Below are positions 51,682 to 61,954 of a DNA stretch of 64,000 nt, one piece after another; the stretch's first letter is position 1; every line of letters begins with the position of its first letter. The notes under the pieces are model-generated. The model ran no database searches. It was given only the letters and a program-made list of their open reading frames with translations, and was not told the DNA's origin. This DNA comes from Nitrospirota bacterium (GTDB lineage: Bacteria > Nitrospirota > UBA9217): contig CAWBNQ010000001.1 in the NCBI GenBank assembly GCA_963790205.1, positions 992,001 through 1,056,000 of the forward strand, read 5' to 3'. The position numbers were made by a program, and so were the translations under genes.

Positions 51682-52131
51682 TCAATAAGACACTCTATTT
51701 CGATGCGGATGTCCCTTATCGAGATGCTTTTTAACAGCGGCAATTATGTCATCCAGTCTTGTTGGCTTAGTGATAAATTCTGCGGCACCAAGTTTCATTG
51801 CCTGTTTATATAAACTTTCCGAACCATAAGCAGTATAAATAATGACGGGAATTCTCGAATTGATTTTTTTTATTTCAGTCATCAGCTCTATTCCGCTTAT
51901 TCCAGGCATCATAACATCAGTTATTACAAGATCGAATTTATCTAATTTAAAAAGGTCAAGACCTTCTTCCCCGCTGCTTGCACAAGTGACAAATTGATCT
52001 TCATTGCTAAGGATTTCTTTAAAAATATCTCGATTTAATTCCTCATCATCAACAAATAATATATTTCTTTGCTTTTCTTGGGTTCCTGCAAGTTTTTTTT
52101 GATGCTTCCAAAGCGGTTTCCAAAATATCAT
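51682..52131 (-). CDS. Response regulator receiver protein (AT-rich)
   Basis: ILFVDDE, TDVMMP, YTAY, ITKP. Confidence 0.88.
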   Translation of the reverse strand: MIFWKPLWKHQKKLAGTQEKQRNILFVDDEELNRDIFKEILSNEDQFVTCASSGEEGLDLFKLDKFDLVITDVMMPGISGIELMTEIKKINSRIPVIIYTAYGSESLYKQAMKLGAAEFITKPTRLDDIIAAVKKHLDKGHPHRNRVSY

Positions 52132-52168
52132 ATTTTTCTAAAAATCATTCAGATTCAAATGAACATAA

Positions 52169-53011
52169 TTATTTTGGCACATTATACTCGACTAAAATTT
52201 TATGAATCGCAGAGACGATCAAGTCTAGTTGAATTGCTACGTGCCCAAGAAGAGAAGAATCATTTGAATCTTTAAATTTCGAATAAGTAAATTCCGCATT
52301 TATACTTGCTGCGGAAGCCTGCGCTTTTAGGTCGTGACATGCCAATCTAACATTTCGGTCATCGATTAATTTAGTTGCAAACATATATTTTTGAGCCGAT
52401 ATTATAAGTTGATTGAGCAATCTTATTGATCGCTCAAATTCGCTATGTCGATAAAGGATAGAGTGATCAGACCTGAATGGTAATCGATAAGCCTTGAAAT
52501 ATAAGCGAGACATTTCTGACCACGCTTCGAACAATTCCTTTTTTACGGATTTTTTTGAAATGGTTTCAAGAGTAAGCTTGGTATGGGTTTTCGTTAAAAC
52601 TGCAAAGTATCCACCCTTTAGGGGCAAGGGTAGCGATTCATAATCTACTTTAGAAAAGAGAGGATGGCTTTTGAGTTCAATTGAGAGCAAGTCTAAAAAT
52701 TTATTTTCAGAAAGAGGAATCAAGGAAAGACTATTTCGTGCAACGTCTGTATATATGATTTCTAAACCGGAAAGCGCTTCTTCATATCTCGGTAGTTCGT
52801 CCTTGGATAAAGTAATTTTAGTTGCGTCCCTTCTACTTTCCTTCTTTAACTTCTCATTTTGTAGTTGTAAATTTCTAATATGAAATAAGTTCTTTAAAAG
52901 AGCTATAAGACCTGAAACTGCAAGAGCAGAAGCGGTCAATAATGCCCAGTGTCCAACTATATATTTTTTAAAATCGAATAAAGTCATTTTGAAAAGAACA
53001 AATTGCATCAA
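52169..53011 (-). CDS. Hypothetical protein with N-terminal TM
   Basis: 280-aa AT-rich ORF, no recognised motif. Confidence 0.55.
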   Translation of the reverse strand: MMQFVLFKMTLFDFKKYIVGHWALLTASALAVSGLIALLKNLFHIRNLQLQNEKLKKESRRDATKITLSKDELPRYEEALSGLEIIYTDVARNSLSLIPLSENKFLDLLSIELKSHPLFSKVDYESLPLPLKGGYFAVLTKTHTKLTLETISKKSVKKELFEAWSEMSRLYFKAYRLPFRSDHSILYRHSEFERSIRLLNQLIISAQKYMFATKLIDDRNVRLACHDLKAQASAASINAEFTYSKFKDSNDSSLLGHVAIQLDLIVSAIHKILVEYNVPK

Positions 53012-53167
53012 TTACGAGGCGTAATCTGTAGCAGCAACTTATAGCCACCCCGCAAACTTCAGGAGGAAGAATAAAAACGAATGATGCTTGAACTCTTCAT
53101 CCTTTATTTCTGTGCTTACTTAGTCGGTATGTTTAAAAAAGTGATTTTCACGAAACATGCGTATTTT

Positions 53168-53200
53168 ATTTAACCATGTTTATCTGTGTATGTCAATGTT
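53168..53200 (-). promoter_or_regulatory. Promoter-like 33-bp repeat, copy 2
   Basis: 30/33 identical to 51342-51374. Confidence 0.6.
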
Positions 53201-53408
53201 AAATAGTGGAATATAGGGTTGAGCAGAACAATTGCACGATTTTCTACTAAGAGGGACGGAGGCATTGCCCTTGGGTTTATCTATATTAACTATATCTGCA
53301 ACGAATTTGTATTTCCGTTTATGCGGAAGTTGAATATAACAGTATTTGTTAAAACAAGAAGTTATTTGAAACTTGATGGGGTAGGTAGGAGGGGCCAGAT
53401 GTTTGCTT

Positions 53409-53951
53409 CTATCTCTTCGGATAAGTGATGGTCAGGCCGCGTACCTCGGCAAAGGCAGTGAGCTTGTGTTCTTTCACCGACGTCTTGCTCATGATGTCCA
53501 TCACAACGATCTTGCGCGCGAGCAGGGCATCGCCGATGAGGGAGCGGTGGCAGCGCCAGGGAACTGCCTCGGCGCACATGATCGCCGTGGGTTTCATTTT
53601 CGCCTTTTCGATTAGTGCGCTCAAACTATTTTCAAACTCCTCTGTCTGCATGTAGTCCGCAAAACCACGGAACGAAGCATTTTCCCAGGCTGTATTAACT
53701 GAATCTTTCTTCGCATGGCGAAGCCCTCCGAGGCCGGGCATATGCTCATAGCTGATAGCGCGTTCGTGCAGCGCCGCAGCCAGGGTGTCGCTGTTATATC
53801 GGGGGTTACGACGGGATTTCGGAATGGTCCTTACATCAGCGACGAATTCAATACCATGGGCTTTCAAGATATCCACAAACTTTTCGATCGGATGCGTGGA
53901 ATGTCCGATCGTAAAGATCGTTACGTTGGATTTCGTGCGCTCTTCTGCCAT
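53409..53951 (-). CDS. DUF488 domain protein, copy 1
   Basis: IFTIGHS, DVRTIPKS, LGG, MCAEAVPWRCHRSLI. Confidence 0.9.
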   Translation of the reverse strand: MAEERTKSNVTIFTIGHSTHPIEKFVDILKAHGIEFVADVRTIPKSRRNPRYNSDTLAAALHERAISYEHMPGLGGLRHAKKDSVNTAWENASFRGFADYMQTEEFENSLSALIEKAKMKPTAIMCAEAVPWRCHRSLIGDALLARKIVVMDIMSKTSVKEHKLTAFAEVRGLTITYPKR

Positions 53952-54015
53952 GGGGAGGTCTGGCCCCGAAGACACAGCGGAAACAAAAGTTCTTTCTGCC
54001 GCATTGAAGCTGCCG

Positions 54016-54366
54016 TCATTTGGCCGTGAATGTCTTTAAAAGCTCGATCACCGCTTTTTTGGCTTTCTTCGATTTTATACGCCGGTACAACTGCAAGAGC
54101 ACGGCCTCGTCTCCCGGCGTTTTTTCGTATGCTGCCGGGGCCTCCGCCACGGTTTCCACCGCCGGGAAAAACAGCGTGATCGGCACATTGACGGCCTTTG
54201 CGATCTGCTTCAGCCGCTCCACGCTGATATTGCCGCTGCCCTTCTCATACTTCTGCACCTGCTGATACGAGACGCCTATCAGCTCCGATAATTCCATCTG
54301 GGTCAGGCTGCGCGTTTTTCTGGCTTCTTTGATGAGCTGCCCGATGCGCTTGCTTTCGCTTTTCAT
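54016..54366 (-). CDS. XRE-family HTH regulator
   Basis: LTQMELSELIGVSYQQVQKYEKG. Confidence 0.92.
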   Translation of the reverse strand: MKSESKRIGQLIKEARKTRSLTQMELSELIGVSYQQVQKYEKGSGNISVERLKQIAKAVNVPITLFFPAVETVAEAPAAYEKTPGDEAVLLQLYRRIKSKKAKKAVIELLKTFTAK

Positions 54367-54425
54367 GAGTGTACTTTAGAAAAGATCGCCGAAAAAGTCT
54401 ATCAACTGTAGGTTGTATTTTAATC

Positions 54426-54454
54426 TTGACCATAACAACCAAAAGTAGCATAAT
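54426..54454 (+). promoter_or_regulatory. Sigma70 promoter TTGACC-N17-CATAAT in the divergent XRE/regulator interval
   Basis: Read from sequence; CAAC-N5-GTTG palindrome just upstream. Confidence 0.55.
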
Positions 54455-54581
54455 ACGCTGTCCTTATCAGCATCACGGAAGGGGCCGGTCTCTCGCAGGA
54501 GAGTACAAGCCGTCAGCATAAGGGGGTCGCTTCACCACGGCGTTCCCTCAAGTCCGGTTCTTACTCCGAAGGAGGGAAGAG

Positions 54582-54950
54582 ATGGAAGGCAAAAGGACCG
54601 TTCTGTTTATTGAAGACGCTACGCCTCTCAGAAAGACCCTGTGCGACCTGCTGCAGGCCGACGGGTTTCATATGCGCGGCTGCAATGACGGGACATCTGC
54701 CCTGGAAGCCTCGGCGGAAAAGGATTTTCACATCATCATCATCGATTACAGTCTGCCGGACATGAACGGCGCGGACGTGACAAAGCGCCTTCGCAAGCGG
54801 TTCCCCTCGGCGATCATCATTGGGATCAGCTTGAGCGACAGAAGAGCGGCTTTTCTCGCGGCGGGCGCGAACACTTTTTTGGAGAAACCGTTTGAGTACG
54901 ACGAGCTCGTAAAACTGTTGAACGAGGGCCCTTCAAACCTTCAGCCGTAA
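54582..54950 (+). CDS. Single-domain response regulator
   Basis: LFIED, IDYSLPDMNG, LEKPF. Confidence 0.88.
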   Translation: MEGKRTVLFIEDATPLRKTLCDLLQADGFHMRGCNDGTSALEASAEKDFHIIIIDYSLPDMNGADVTKRLRKRFPSAIIIGISLSDRRAAFLAAGANTFLEKPFEYDELVKLLNEGPSNLQP

Positions 54951-54986
54951 CATTAGAGCGCAATCATCAGGTTGGCCGATCGGAAG

Positions 54987-55586
54987 TTACAGAGACGGTG
55001 CTTTCCTTCGCTTGGGAAGAGGTTCGTGGGCGGATTCAGCTGATTCCGTCTTGGGATAGGTTATCGTTGTTCCCATGACATGGGCCCAGGGCGTCATCGT
55101 ATGGGCCTTCGCCGACGTCTTACTCATGATATCCATGACGATTAACCCGCGTGCGAGCAGGGCATCGCCGATGAGCGAGCGGTGGCAGCGCCATGGCACC
55201 GCTTCAGCGCACATGATCACGGTCTTCTGCTTCCCCGCAATATCGATCAGCTGCATCAGGCCTGCCTCGAATTCTTCTGTTTGCATATAATCGGCGAATC
55301 CCCGGAACGAAGCATTTTCCCAGGCGGTATTGACCGAATCCTTCTTCGCATGGCGGAGCCCTCCGAGGCCGGGCATGTGCTCATAGCCGATAGCGCGATC
55401 GTGTAACGACGCAGCCAGGGTGTCGCTGTTAAATTGAGGGTTATGACGGGATTTCGGAATGGTCCTTACATCAACGACGAATTCAATGCCATGGGTGTTC
55501 AAGATCTCCACGAATTCTTCGATCGGATGCGTGGAATGTCCGATCGTGAAGATCGTCGCACTGGTTTTTGCGTGGTCTTTTGCCAT
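54987..55586 (-). CDS. DUF488 domain protein, copy 2
   Basis: Same motifs; long identical DNA stretches shared with copy 1. Confidence 0.9.
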   Translation of the reverse strand: MAKDHAKTSATIFTIGHSTHPIEEFVEILNTHGIEFVVDVRTIPKSRHNPQFNSDTLAASLHDRAIGYEHMPGLGGLRHAKKDSVNTAWENASFRGFADYMQTEEFEAGLMQLIDIAGKQKTVIMCAEAVPWRCHRSLIGDALLARGLIVMDIMSKTSAKAHTMTPWAHVMGTTITYPKTESAESAHEPLPKRRKAPSL

Positions 55587-55703
55587 GGGAAGGACCCGTA
55601 TGCCTGAAGGTCTTGAGCATGCGTGTATATAAAAAGAATGCCTGTGAAGCTTTGTTTCTTCACAGGCACGATATAACGTTCTTCAGGCTCCTACAGCATT
55701 ACC

Positions 55704-56312
55704 TTAGACCGCCTTCTTCATCACTCCTGGGAACTGTTCAAGCCGGTTCTCCACCATGGCCCAGTTGACGTTTTTCATGAACGCTTCGATATACTCTGCC
55801 CGTTTAAGCCCATAGTCCGTCAAATAGGCGTGCTCGAAGACATCCATAACAAGGAGCGGATTGCAGCCCGCGGGGTGCGACACGTCGTGCTCGTTGATCC
55901 AGAAATTGATAAGCCTGCTGTCCGCGGTGTCCTGGTACAAGACGCACCAGCCGATGCCGCGCATGGAGCCCGTGGCCTTGAAGTCCTTTTCCCAGTTTTC
56001 GATGCTTCCAAAATTATCAATCAGCTTCTGAACGAGCTTGCCGTTCTTATTCAGCGGCGACTTGCCTCCGAGGTTGTCGAAATAGAGTTCATGGAGCCTC
56101 ATGCCGTTGAACTCCCAGCCGAGCCTCCGTTTGAGTTCGGCGTACTCCGGATTTCCCATCTTCCCGTCCTTGAGCATCTGGCTGAGAATGTCCAGCACTT
56201 TGTTCGTGTTCGTCACGTAACCCTGGTAGAGCGTGAAATGGTTTTTCAAGAGCGTTTCGCTGAAGCCCTGTATTCCTATCAGTTTCGAATAGTCTCTGGC
56301 GACGTACGGCAT
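55704..56312 (-). CDS. Fe/Mn superoxide dismutase family protein
   Basis: NHFTLYQGYV, LHELYF, MDVFEHAY. Confidence 0.92.
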   Translation of the reverse strand: MPYVARDYSKLIGIQGFSETLLKNHFTLYQGYVTNTNKVLDILSQMLKDGKMGNPEYAELKRRLGWEFNGMRLHELYFDNLGGKSPLNKNGKLVQKLIDNFGSIENWEKDFKATGSMRGIGWCVLYQDTADSRLINFWINEHDVSHPAGCNPLLVMDVFEHAYLTDYGLKRAEYIEAFMKNVNWAMVENRLEQFPGVMKKAV

Positions 56313-56440
56313 GGCTGATACCTCCTTTATTGTTATCGGCATTCATGGTGTGTAATTTTGTAAATAAAAAAGTTTTTCCCTTCTGCTCTCTCGGGAGCAG
56401 CAGTCAACCTGTTTTGTCCGTCATCACCTCCTCATGATGG

Positions 56441-56782
56441 CTAATGACTGAGCACCTCCTTCAGGACGACAGCGTTGGCATGTTCGCTATCCTTTGCCGC
56501 GAACACAAGGGTTACGGTTCCTTTTTTTGCATCCTGCCGGAGTTGTTCGACGAGCTCCTGCTTGGTCCTCAATTCGCGAATGTAACGGTTCCTGAATTCC
56601 CTCCATTTCGACGGCTCATGGCCGAACCAGGTGCGCAACTCGTTGCTCGGCGCGATATCCTTTACCCACGAGTCGACGCAGGCTTGCTCTTTTTTTATCC
56701 CCCGCGGCCACAAACGGTCGATCAATATCCGCTTCCCATCGTCCGGGGCAGGAGGGTCATAGACTCGCTTTATCTTTATCAT
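56441..56782 (-). CDS. YeaO-type DUF488 family protein
   Basis: IKRVYD..DGKRILIDRLWPRGIKK..APSNELRTWF. Confidence 0.92.
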   Translation of the reverse strand: MIKIKRVYDPPAPDDGKRILIDRLWPRGIKKEQACVDSWVKDIAPSNELRTWFGHEPSKWREFRNRYIRELRTKQELVEQLRQDAKKGTVTLVFAAKDSEHANAVVLKEVLSH

Positions 56783-57106
56783 GAGGAACTGCTCCCTTCT
56801 TGAATGGTGAAATGCTGCATCAATTACTGCGTGCGAGTGGACGACATTCGGATGACTTGCGGATAAGCAAGCTGGATGCGATCCGCACCTATCCTCCCAT
56901 CATACGAAAAAGGTCGCAACGCGCCCCTTCCGCCCTCTTATCACTCTGCAAGTCTTCATGATATTTATGCTGAGGAAGGAACTATTTAAACATAGCACCG
57001 CTTCAACAGTTGTCAATATCCTGAAAGTATTATGCAGCGGTGCTAATTCTCGTGCGATCAGGCGGGTTACGCGATAGTTTATACCGCGACCTCTCTGCAG
57101 CGCCGG

Positions 57107-57679
57107 CTATACCTCGGGCCTCTGTCGTGTGACGATGGAGAGGAATTCGTTGCGGGTCGAGGGATTGTCGCGGAACACGCCAAGCACCGACGACGTCACG
57201 AACAGGGAATTCTGTTTCTCGACGCCCCGCATCATCATGCAGAGATGCCGCGCCTCGATCATGACACCCACGCCGTCCGCGTTGATCGAATCCTTGATGG
57301 CATAAGCGATCTGCTCCGTCAGGCGTTCCTGGATCTGGAGCCGTCTCGCATACATATCGACAAGGCGGGCCAGCTTGCTGATGCCGAAGACCCTTCCCCG
57401 GGGGATATACCCGATATGGCAGCGGCCGTAGAAGGGAAGCAGGTGATGTTCGCAGAGGCTGTAGACCTCGATGTCCTTTACTACTACCATGCTGGTCGTT
57501 TCCTGCGCGAAGCAGGCATTATTGATCAACTTCTCAACGTCGGCCCGGTAGCCGGACGTCAAATAGCCCAGGGATTCGGCGACTCTTTTTGGCGTTTTGT
57601 CCAACCCCTCCCGGTCGGGGTCCTCGCCAATCTCGATCAAAAGCTCCCGGACCAGTTTTTCGACTTTTTCAGCATTCAT
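57107..57679 (-). CDS. folE: GTP cyclohydrolase I
   Basis: [32 protein letters not shown]. Confidence 0.97.
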   Translation of the reverse strand: MNAEKVEKLVRELLIEIGEDPDREGLDKTPKRVAESLGYLTSGYRADVEKLINNACFAQETTSMVVVKDIEVYSLCEHHLLPFYGRCHIGYIPRGRVFGISKLARLVDMYARRLQIQERLTEQIAYAIKDSINADGVGVMIEARHLCMMMRGVEKQNSLFVTSSVLGVFRDNPSTRNEFLSIVTRQRPEV

Positions 57680-58194
57680 GACGTGATCTCCCGTATCAAT
57701 CGACTGGTATAAGCTACAAGCGGCTTCATACCGCCTCGCATTCGCGCCGCGATTTTCGCTATCGGCTCCTTCGAATCAGGCATGATCAGATTCGGCGCCA
57801 GCTCGTAGAGAGGTCCGGCGAGAAAAGGCCGGTTTCGTATCTCCGGGTCGGGAAGGGTGAGTTCTTCGCTCTTTATGACAAGGTTCTCGTAGAAAACCAG
57901 GTCGAGATCGATGGTGCGCGGCGAAAACCGGTCCTTGCCCCGGTCCCTCCCCATCCCGTCCTCAATAGGGCGAAGTATTGTGTGTTTTAATTCCAACGGG
58001 GGGAGGGGCGTATCGATTGCGATGACGCAATTGTAGTAGGCCGGCTGATCAGGCCGTTCTACGGGCTCCGTTAAGTATACCGTGGAAATTCCGACGATGC
58101 GGACCTGCCTCTTGAGAAGCCCGACTGCCTTACTTACATTCTCCTCGGGGTCTATGTTCGACCCCACGCTTACGAACGCTTGCGCCATCATCAA
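57676..58194 (-). CDS. folK: 6-hydroxymethyl-7,8-dihydropterin pyrophosphokinase
   Basis: [20 protein letters not shown]. Confidence 0.92.
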   Translation of the reverse strand: MMMAQAFVSVGSNIDPEENVSKAVGLLKRQVRIVGISTVYLTEPVERPDQPAYYNCVIAIDTPLPPLELKHTILRPIEDGMGRDRGKDRFSPRTIDLDLVFYENLVIKSEELTLPDPEIRNRPFLAGPLYELAPNLIMPDSKEPIAKIAARMRGGMKPLVAYTSRLIREITS

Positions 58195-58547
58195 ACCTTT
58201 CGGCCGCGTGTAATCTCAACGCCCACGCTGCGCGCGAAGCGAAGCGCCAGGGGTTTCTCCACCCGTACCCGCACCTGCGCCACGGCCGGGTGTTCAAGGC
58301 ACAGAGAGGCCACGGCCTCGGCCAGGGCTTCCACAAGGGAGAACCGCGAGTTTTCAGCAAGCGCCATTACCCGTTTTTTAAGATCACGGTAATCGACAGC
58401 GTCCTCGAAGCGGTCGCTTTTGCCGGCCTTTCCGAGGTCCGTCGAGATCGACAGGTTGATCACTACGTCCTGCTTTTCGCGCCTCTCGTCCTCGTTCACG
58501 CCGATGATGCAGCGCACGAGCAAATCACTGATCAGGATCCGGTCCAT
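58191..58547 (-). CDS. folB: Dihydroneopterin aldolase (FolB/FolX family)
   Basis: IIGVNEDER..Q, VDY, LVEALAE, VEKP. Confidence 0.88.
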   Translation of the reverse strand: MDRILISDLLVRCIIGVNEDERREKQDVVINLSISTDLGKAGKSDRFEDAVDYRDLKKRVMALAENSRFSLVEALAEAVASLCLEHPAVAQVRVRVEKPLALRFARSVGVEITRGRKV

Positions 58548-59316
58548 TACCGCCCTCCAGAAGGTGCCGGCCGCCGTCAACGTAGATGACCTGGCCGGTC
58601 ACGAAATCGCTCTTGAGAAGATAGAGGACCGCGTCCGCTATGTCCCCGGGCCCCCCGTGGCGCTTGAGCGGGATCGATTGCGCCAATTGGTTCAGATACG
58701 CCTCGTCCTTTCCCGACGGCGGAAGGATAAGTCCCGGCGCGACTGCGTTCACCGTGATGTCCGGCGCGAACTCGAGCGCGCACATGGCGGTAAGAACCGA
58801 GAGCATCTGTTTGCTCAGGATGTAAGCCACGTGCTGCCGGTCATAGCCGGTGATCTTCGTATCGAGGAGATTGATGATCTTTCCCCGGCCCGCGAGCCGG
58901 GAAAACGCGCGGCTGATCACAAAAGGCGCCCAGGCGTTCACCTGAACATGCTGCGTCAAGCCCGAGAAATCGACGTCTTTGAGCGTGTTCGGGCGAAAAA
59001 CGGAAGCGTTGTTGATCACGATGTCGAGGGCTCCCGCCGTGGTCAGCGCCCTGCTTACCAGCGTCTCGTATTCCTCCGGCTTTTCCAGATCGGCAATGAC
59101 TTTCCACGCTTTCGCGCCGCAGCCGGCAACCTCCTCGCAGACCTTGGTCGTCTCCGTTTCCAGGGCGCGGCGATCATGGGCTACAATATGAACACCCTCT
59201 TCTGCGAGCGCGATGGCGATGGCGCGGCCTATGCGCCTGCCGGCGCCTGTGACCAAGGCGATCTTGCCCTCTAAATCAGGCTGGATTGCATTCCGGGTCT
59301 CGGTATGGTGTGTCAT
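58525..59316 (-). CDS. SDR oxidoreductase, pteridine reductase (FolM/PTR1-like)
   Basis: TGAGRRIG, NNASVF, YILSK, NAVAPG; inside pterin cluster. Confidence 0.85.
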   Translation of the reverse strand: MTHHTETRNAIQPDLEGKIALVTGAGRRIGRAIAIALAEEGVHIVAHDRRALETETTKVCEEVAGCGAKAWKVIADLEKPEEYETLVSRALTTAGALDIVINNASVFRPNTLKDVDFSGLTQHVQVNAWAPFVISRAFSRLAGRGKIINLLDTKITGYDRQHVAYILSKQMLSVLTAMCALEFAPDITVNAVAPGLILPPSGKDEAYLNQLAQSIPLKRHGGPGDIADAVLYLLKSDFVTGQVIYVDGGRHLLEGGNGPDPDQ

Positions 59317-59338
59317 AGGGACATGTCCGTGGTGTTCG

Positions 59339-59662
59339 TTATGCCGCCAGGAGGTCTATTTTCGCGGCCAGGATAAAGTCGTTCAGGGACAGCCCGCCGA
59401 TCTTGTGCGTTGAAAGAGTGAGTTGCACGGTGTTATAGAAGATGCCAATATCGGGGTGGTGGTCCTGCTCGTTCGCGGCCGCGGCGATCTTATTGACGAA
59501 AATCATGGCCTCGCGAAAGTCCTTGAACCGGAGCTCTCGCCGTATCTCTTTTTCACCGAGCGACCATGCGGGAATTTGCGACATCAAAGCCTCCGCCTCC
59601 ATATGCGAAAGAGGCGGGGTGCCCTGTTTGATGGGGTTACAGGTCATTTCCGCGAGTTTCAT
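59339..59662 (-). CDS. Pterin-4-alpha-carbinolamine dehydratase
   Basis: FKDF..DHHPDI..LSTHKIGGLSLNDFILAAKID. Confidence 0.93.
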   Translation of the reverse strand: MKLAEMTCNPIKQGTPPLSHMEAEALMSQIPAWSLGEKEIRRELRFKDFREAMIFVNKIAAAANEQDHHPDIGIFYNTVQLTLSTHKIGGLSLNDFILAAKIDLLAA

Positions 59663-59738
59663 GATGTGAACCTCCGTGGTGTTTTTTCCTAACCTAGCCC
59701 GGACAAGCCGGAACCAAAAGGGCAAAGGAAAAGGCGTC

Positions 59739-59840
59739 TCTCGCAAAGGACGCAAAGAGAAGCAATGCGATACAAGAAAGCAAAGCCTTTGGTTTTTCTT
59801 AAGACTAAGATTTAAGCTTTCTTTTGCGCCCTTTGCGAGA
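59739..59840. repeat. Empty inverted-repeat element of the family that flanks the GxxExxY gene
   Basis: TCTCGCAAAGGACGCAAA ... TTTGCGCCCTTTGCGAGA (17/18) around about 60 bp of non-coding DNA. Confidence 0.7.
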
Positions 59841-59881
59841 AAAATTCTTTCCGACTTGAGAAGAATTCGATTCCGTAGTCG

Positions 59882-61085
59882 CTAATGAATCAATCCGCGC
59901 AATCTTTCTTTCGTCACCTGCTCGCCTCTGCGGATCAGCTCGCGCGCGGCCTCCACTTTTTCCCACACGTTGCACATCATCGCGCCCCTGACCTTGCCGT
60001 CCCTGAGGTAGTATATCACGCCCATGTCGTTCTCTTTCTGCCAGTCCGCGAACGTTTCGAGCCGCGAATCGATCTCTCCCACGGCCTCGTACCCGAACTC
60101 GAAGAGGTCCGAAAAGAAGTACGGCATGTGCGTGTAGGGTTCATGCGCCCCGGCCATGTTCCTCCCCGCCTGTTTGCCCTGGCTCAGCGCGTTGTCCCAG
60201 TGCTCTACCCTTGTCTGCTTCCCGAGCGCCTGATAGGGGAAGAAGGCGTTGTCACCCGCCGCAAATATGCCGGGAAGCGACGCCTGGAGATATTCATCGA
60301 CGATTATTCCGTTGGCCGTCTGGAGGCCCGCTTTCCGCGCCAGTTCGAGGGACAGGGCGATGCCGATGCCCACGATCACCATGTCCGATTCGATCTCCTT
60401 GCCGCTTTCCGTGCGCGTGACGAACCTTCCGTTCCTTTTCGCAAAAGAGGCAGGTTTTTCACCGTTCAGAATAGTAATGCCGCGCTCCCGGTAATGCCGC
60501 TGCAAGGACATTCCCAGGCTCTCCGGGAAGATCCGGCCCACGAGGTAAAGATCGGGGAACATCATCATTACCTTGACGTTGTTGATGGCGAGCGCGGCGG
60601 CGATCTCAGAACCGATGAACCCGCCGCCTACCACCACGGCTGACTTGCCCGCGGACGCCTCCTGTCTCATCCGCAGGTAATCGTCGAGGTACCGGTAGTA
60701 GTAAATGCCCTCGAGATCCCCTCCGGGGATCGGACAGGACCCTGGGCGCGCCGCCGGTGGCCAGCAGGAGCTTCTCGTAGCGATAGGTCCTGCCGTTGTC
60801 GGCGGTCACGGTCCTGTTTTTTGCATCCACCGTTTTGGCGGTAACGCCGGAGGCAAATATGACGTTGTTCTGCCTGTAAAAATCCTGGTCATGAAGAAAG
60901 ATTTCCTCGACCTTCTTTTTGCCGAACCAGAGCTTTTTCGTAAGGGGCGGCCGGTCGTAGGGCAAGTGCTTTTCAGCGCCGAGCAGGAGAATCGGGCCTT
61001 TTTTGTCGAGCTCCCTGATACCTTCGATTGCGGACGACCCCGCCAGTCCGGCGCCGACGATGATGTAAGTGTACTGTTCTGCCAT
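59882..61085 (-). CDS. NAD(P)/FAD-dependent oxidoreductase (ferredoxin reductase-like); one extra base near 60735
   Basis: GAGLAG, PYDRPPL, LATG, GGGFIGSE, AAGD, RVEHWDNA, PYFFSD. Confidence 0.88.
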
Positions 61086-61220
61086 GGCAGTCCTCCTTCC
61101 GGGATCACGACGCGCGAAACCTTTGGCGCGCATGATGTTTGGTCGAGTCCGACTGTTTGTCGACAACTACCTCAAATATATCACAAGTTATCCGGGGGGT
61201 GTGGCGGAGAATCCTCAGCT

Positions 61221-61952
61221 TTAAGGAAGGTCGTAGATTCGTCGCATCTCTTCGGTATATATGCCATCATTCTTATGAATGACGAGAGGGGGCAGGACTT
61301 CAAGGCCGATGCCTGACGCCTTGACCGCTTCCATCAATACGAGCGAAGCAGGCTTGTCAGCGTGAGGATGAACGAGACGGAGGCATTTAGGCTCGAGTTT
61401 GCGAGAGCGGAGTGACGAGATCAGCTCCGCCAGCCGGTCGGAAGGAAAGACCATTACATAACGACCCTTATTCTTGAGAAAGACCTGAAGGTCGAGCCAG
61501 ACCTTGAGGTCTCCGAGCAGGTCATGACGCGCGGACAAACGCCCGGCATGAGGACTCTCTTTGCCCGTACCGGACCGTGTATAGGGCGGGTTGGCAACAA
61601 TGACATCGAAGGTCGAAGGCTTCAGGACCCTTGCCAATGTCCTGATATCATTCTCGAAAAAAAGAACACGACTGTCAAGACCGTTGTCCAGGATGTTCTG
61701 ACGACAGAGTGCCGCAGCCGCCGGCTGAGTCTCCACGGCAACAACGGCGGCTTCGGGGAACTTTTTTGCGAGGAGAAGGGAGATGATGCCGGTTCCGGCC
61801 CCCGGTTCGAGAATCGTATCCTGCGATTTAACACGGCAAAAGTCCGCGAGGAGGAGGCTGTCAACGGTGAAACGGGCGCCTTCTTTCTGCTGGCTGATGG
61901 TCACGATGCCGGCGCCGCGGAGCGAGATGCTGTCGTGGGTAGTTACTGTCAT
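61221..61952 (-). CDS. tRNA1(Val) A37 N6-methyltransferase-like protein
   Basis: DSLLLADF, EPGAGTG, ANPPY, SARH. Confidence 0.85.
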   Translation of the reverse strand: MTVTTHDSISLRGAGIVTISQQKEGARFTVDSLLLADFCRVKSQDTILEPGAGTGIISLLLAKKFPEAAVVAVETQPAAAALCRQNILDNGLDSRVLFFENDIRTLARVLKPSTFDVIVANPPYTRSGTGKESPHAGRLSARHDLLGDLKVWLDLQVFLKNKGRYVMVFPSDRLAELISSLRSRKLEPKCLRLVHPHADKPASLVLMEAVKASGIGLEVLPPLVIHKNDGIYTEEMRRIYDLP

Positions 61953-61954
61953 AC

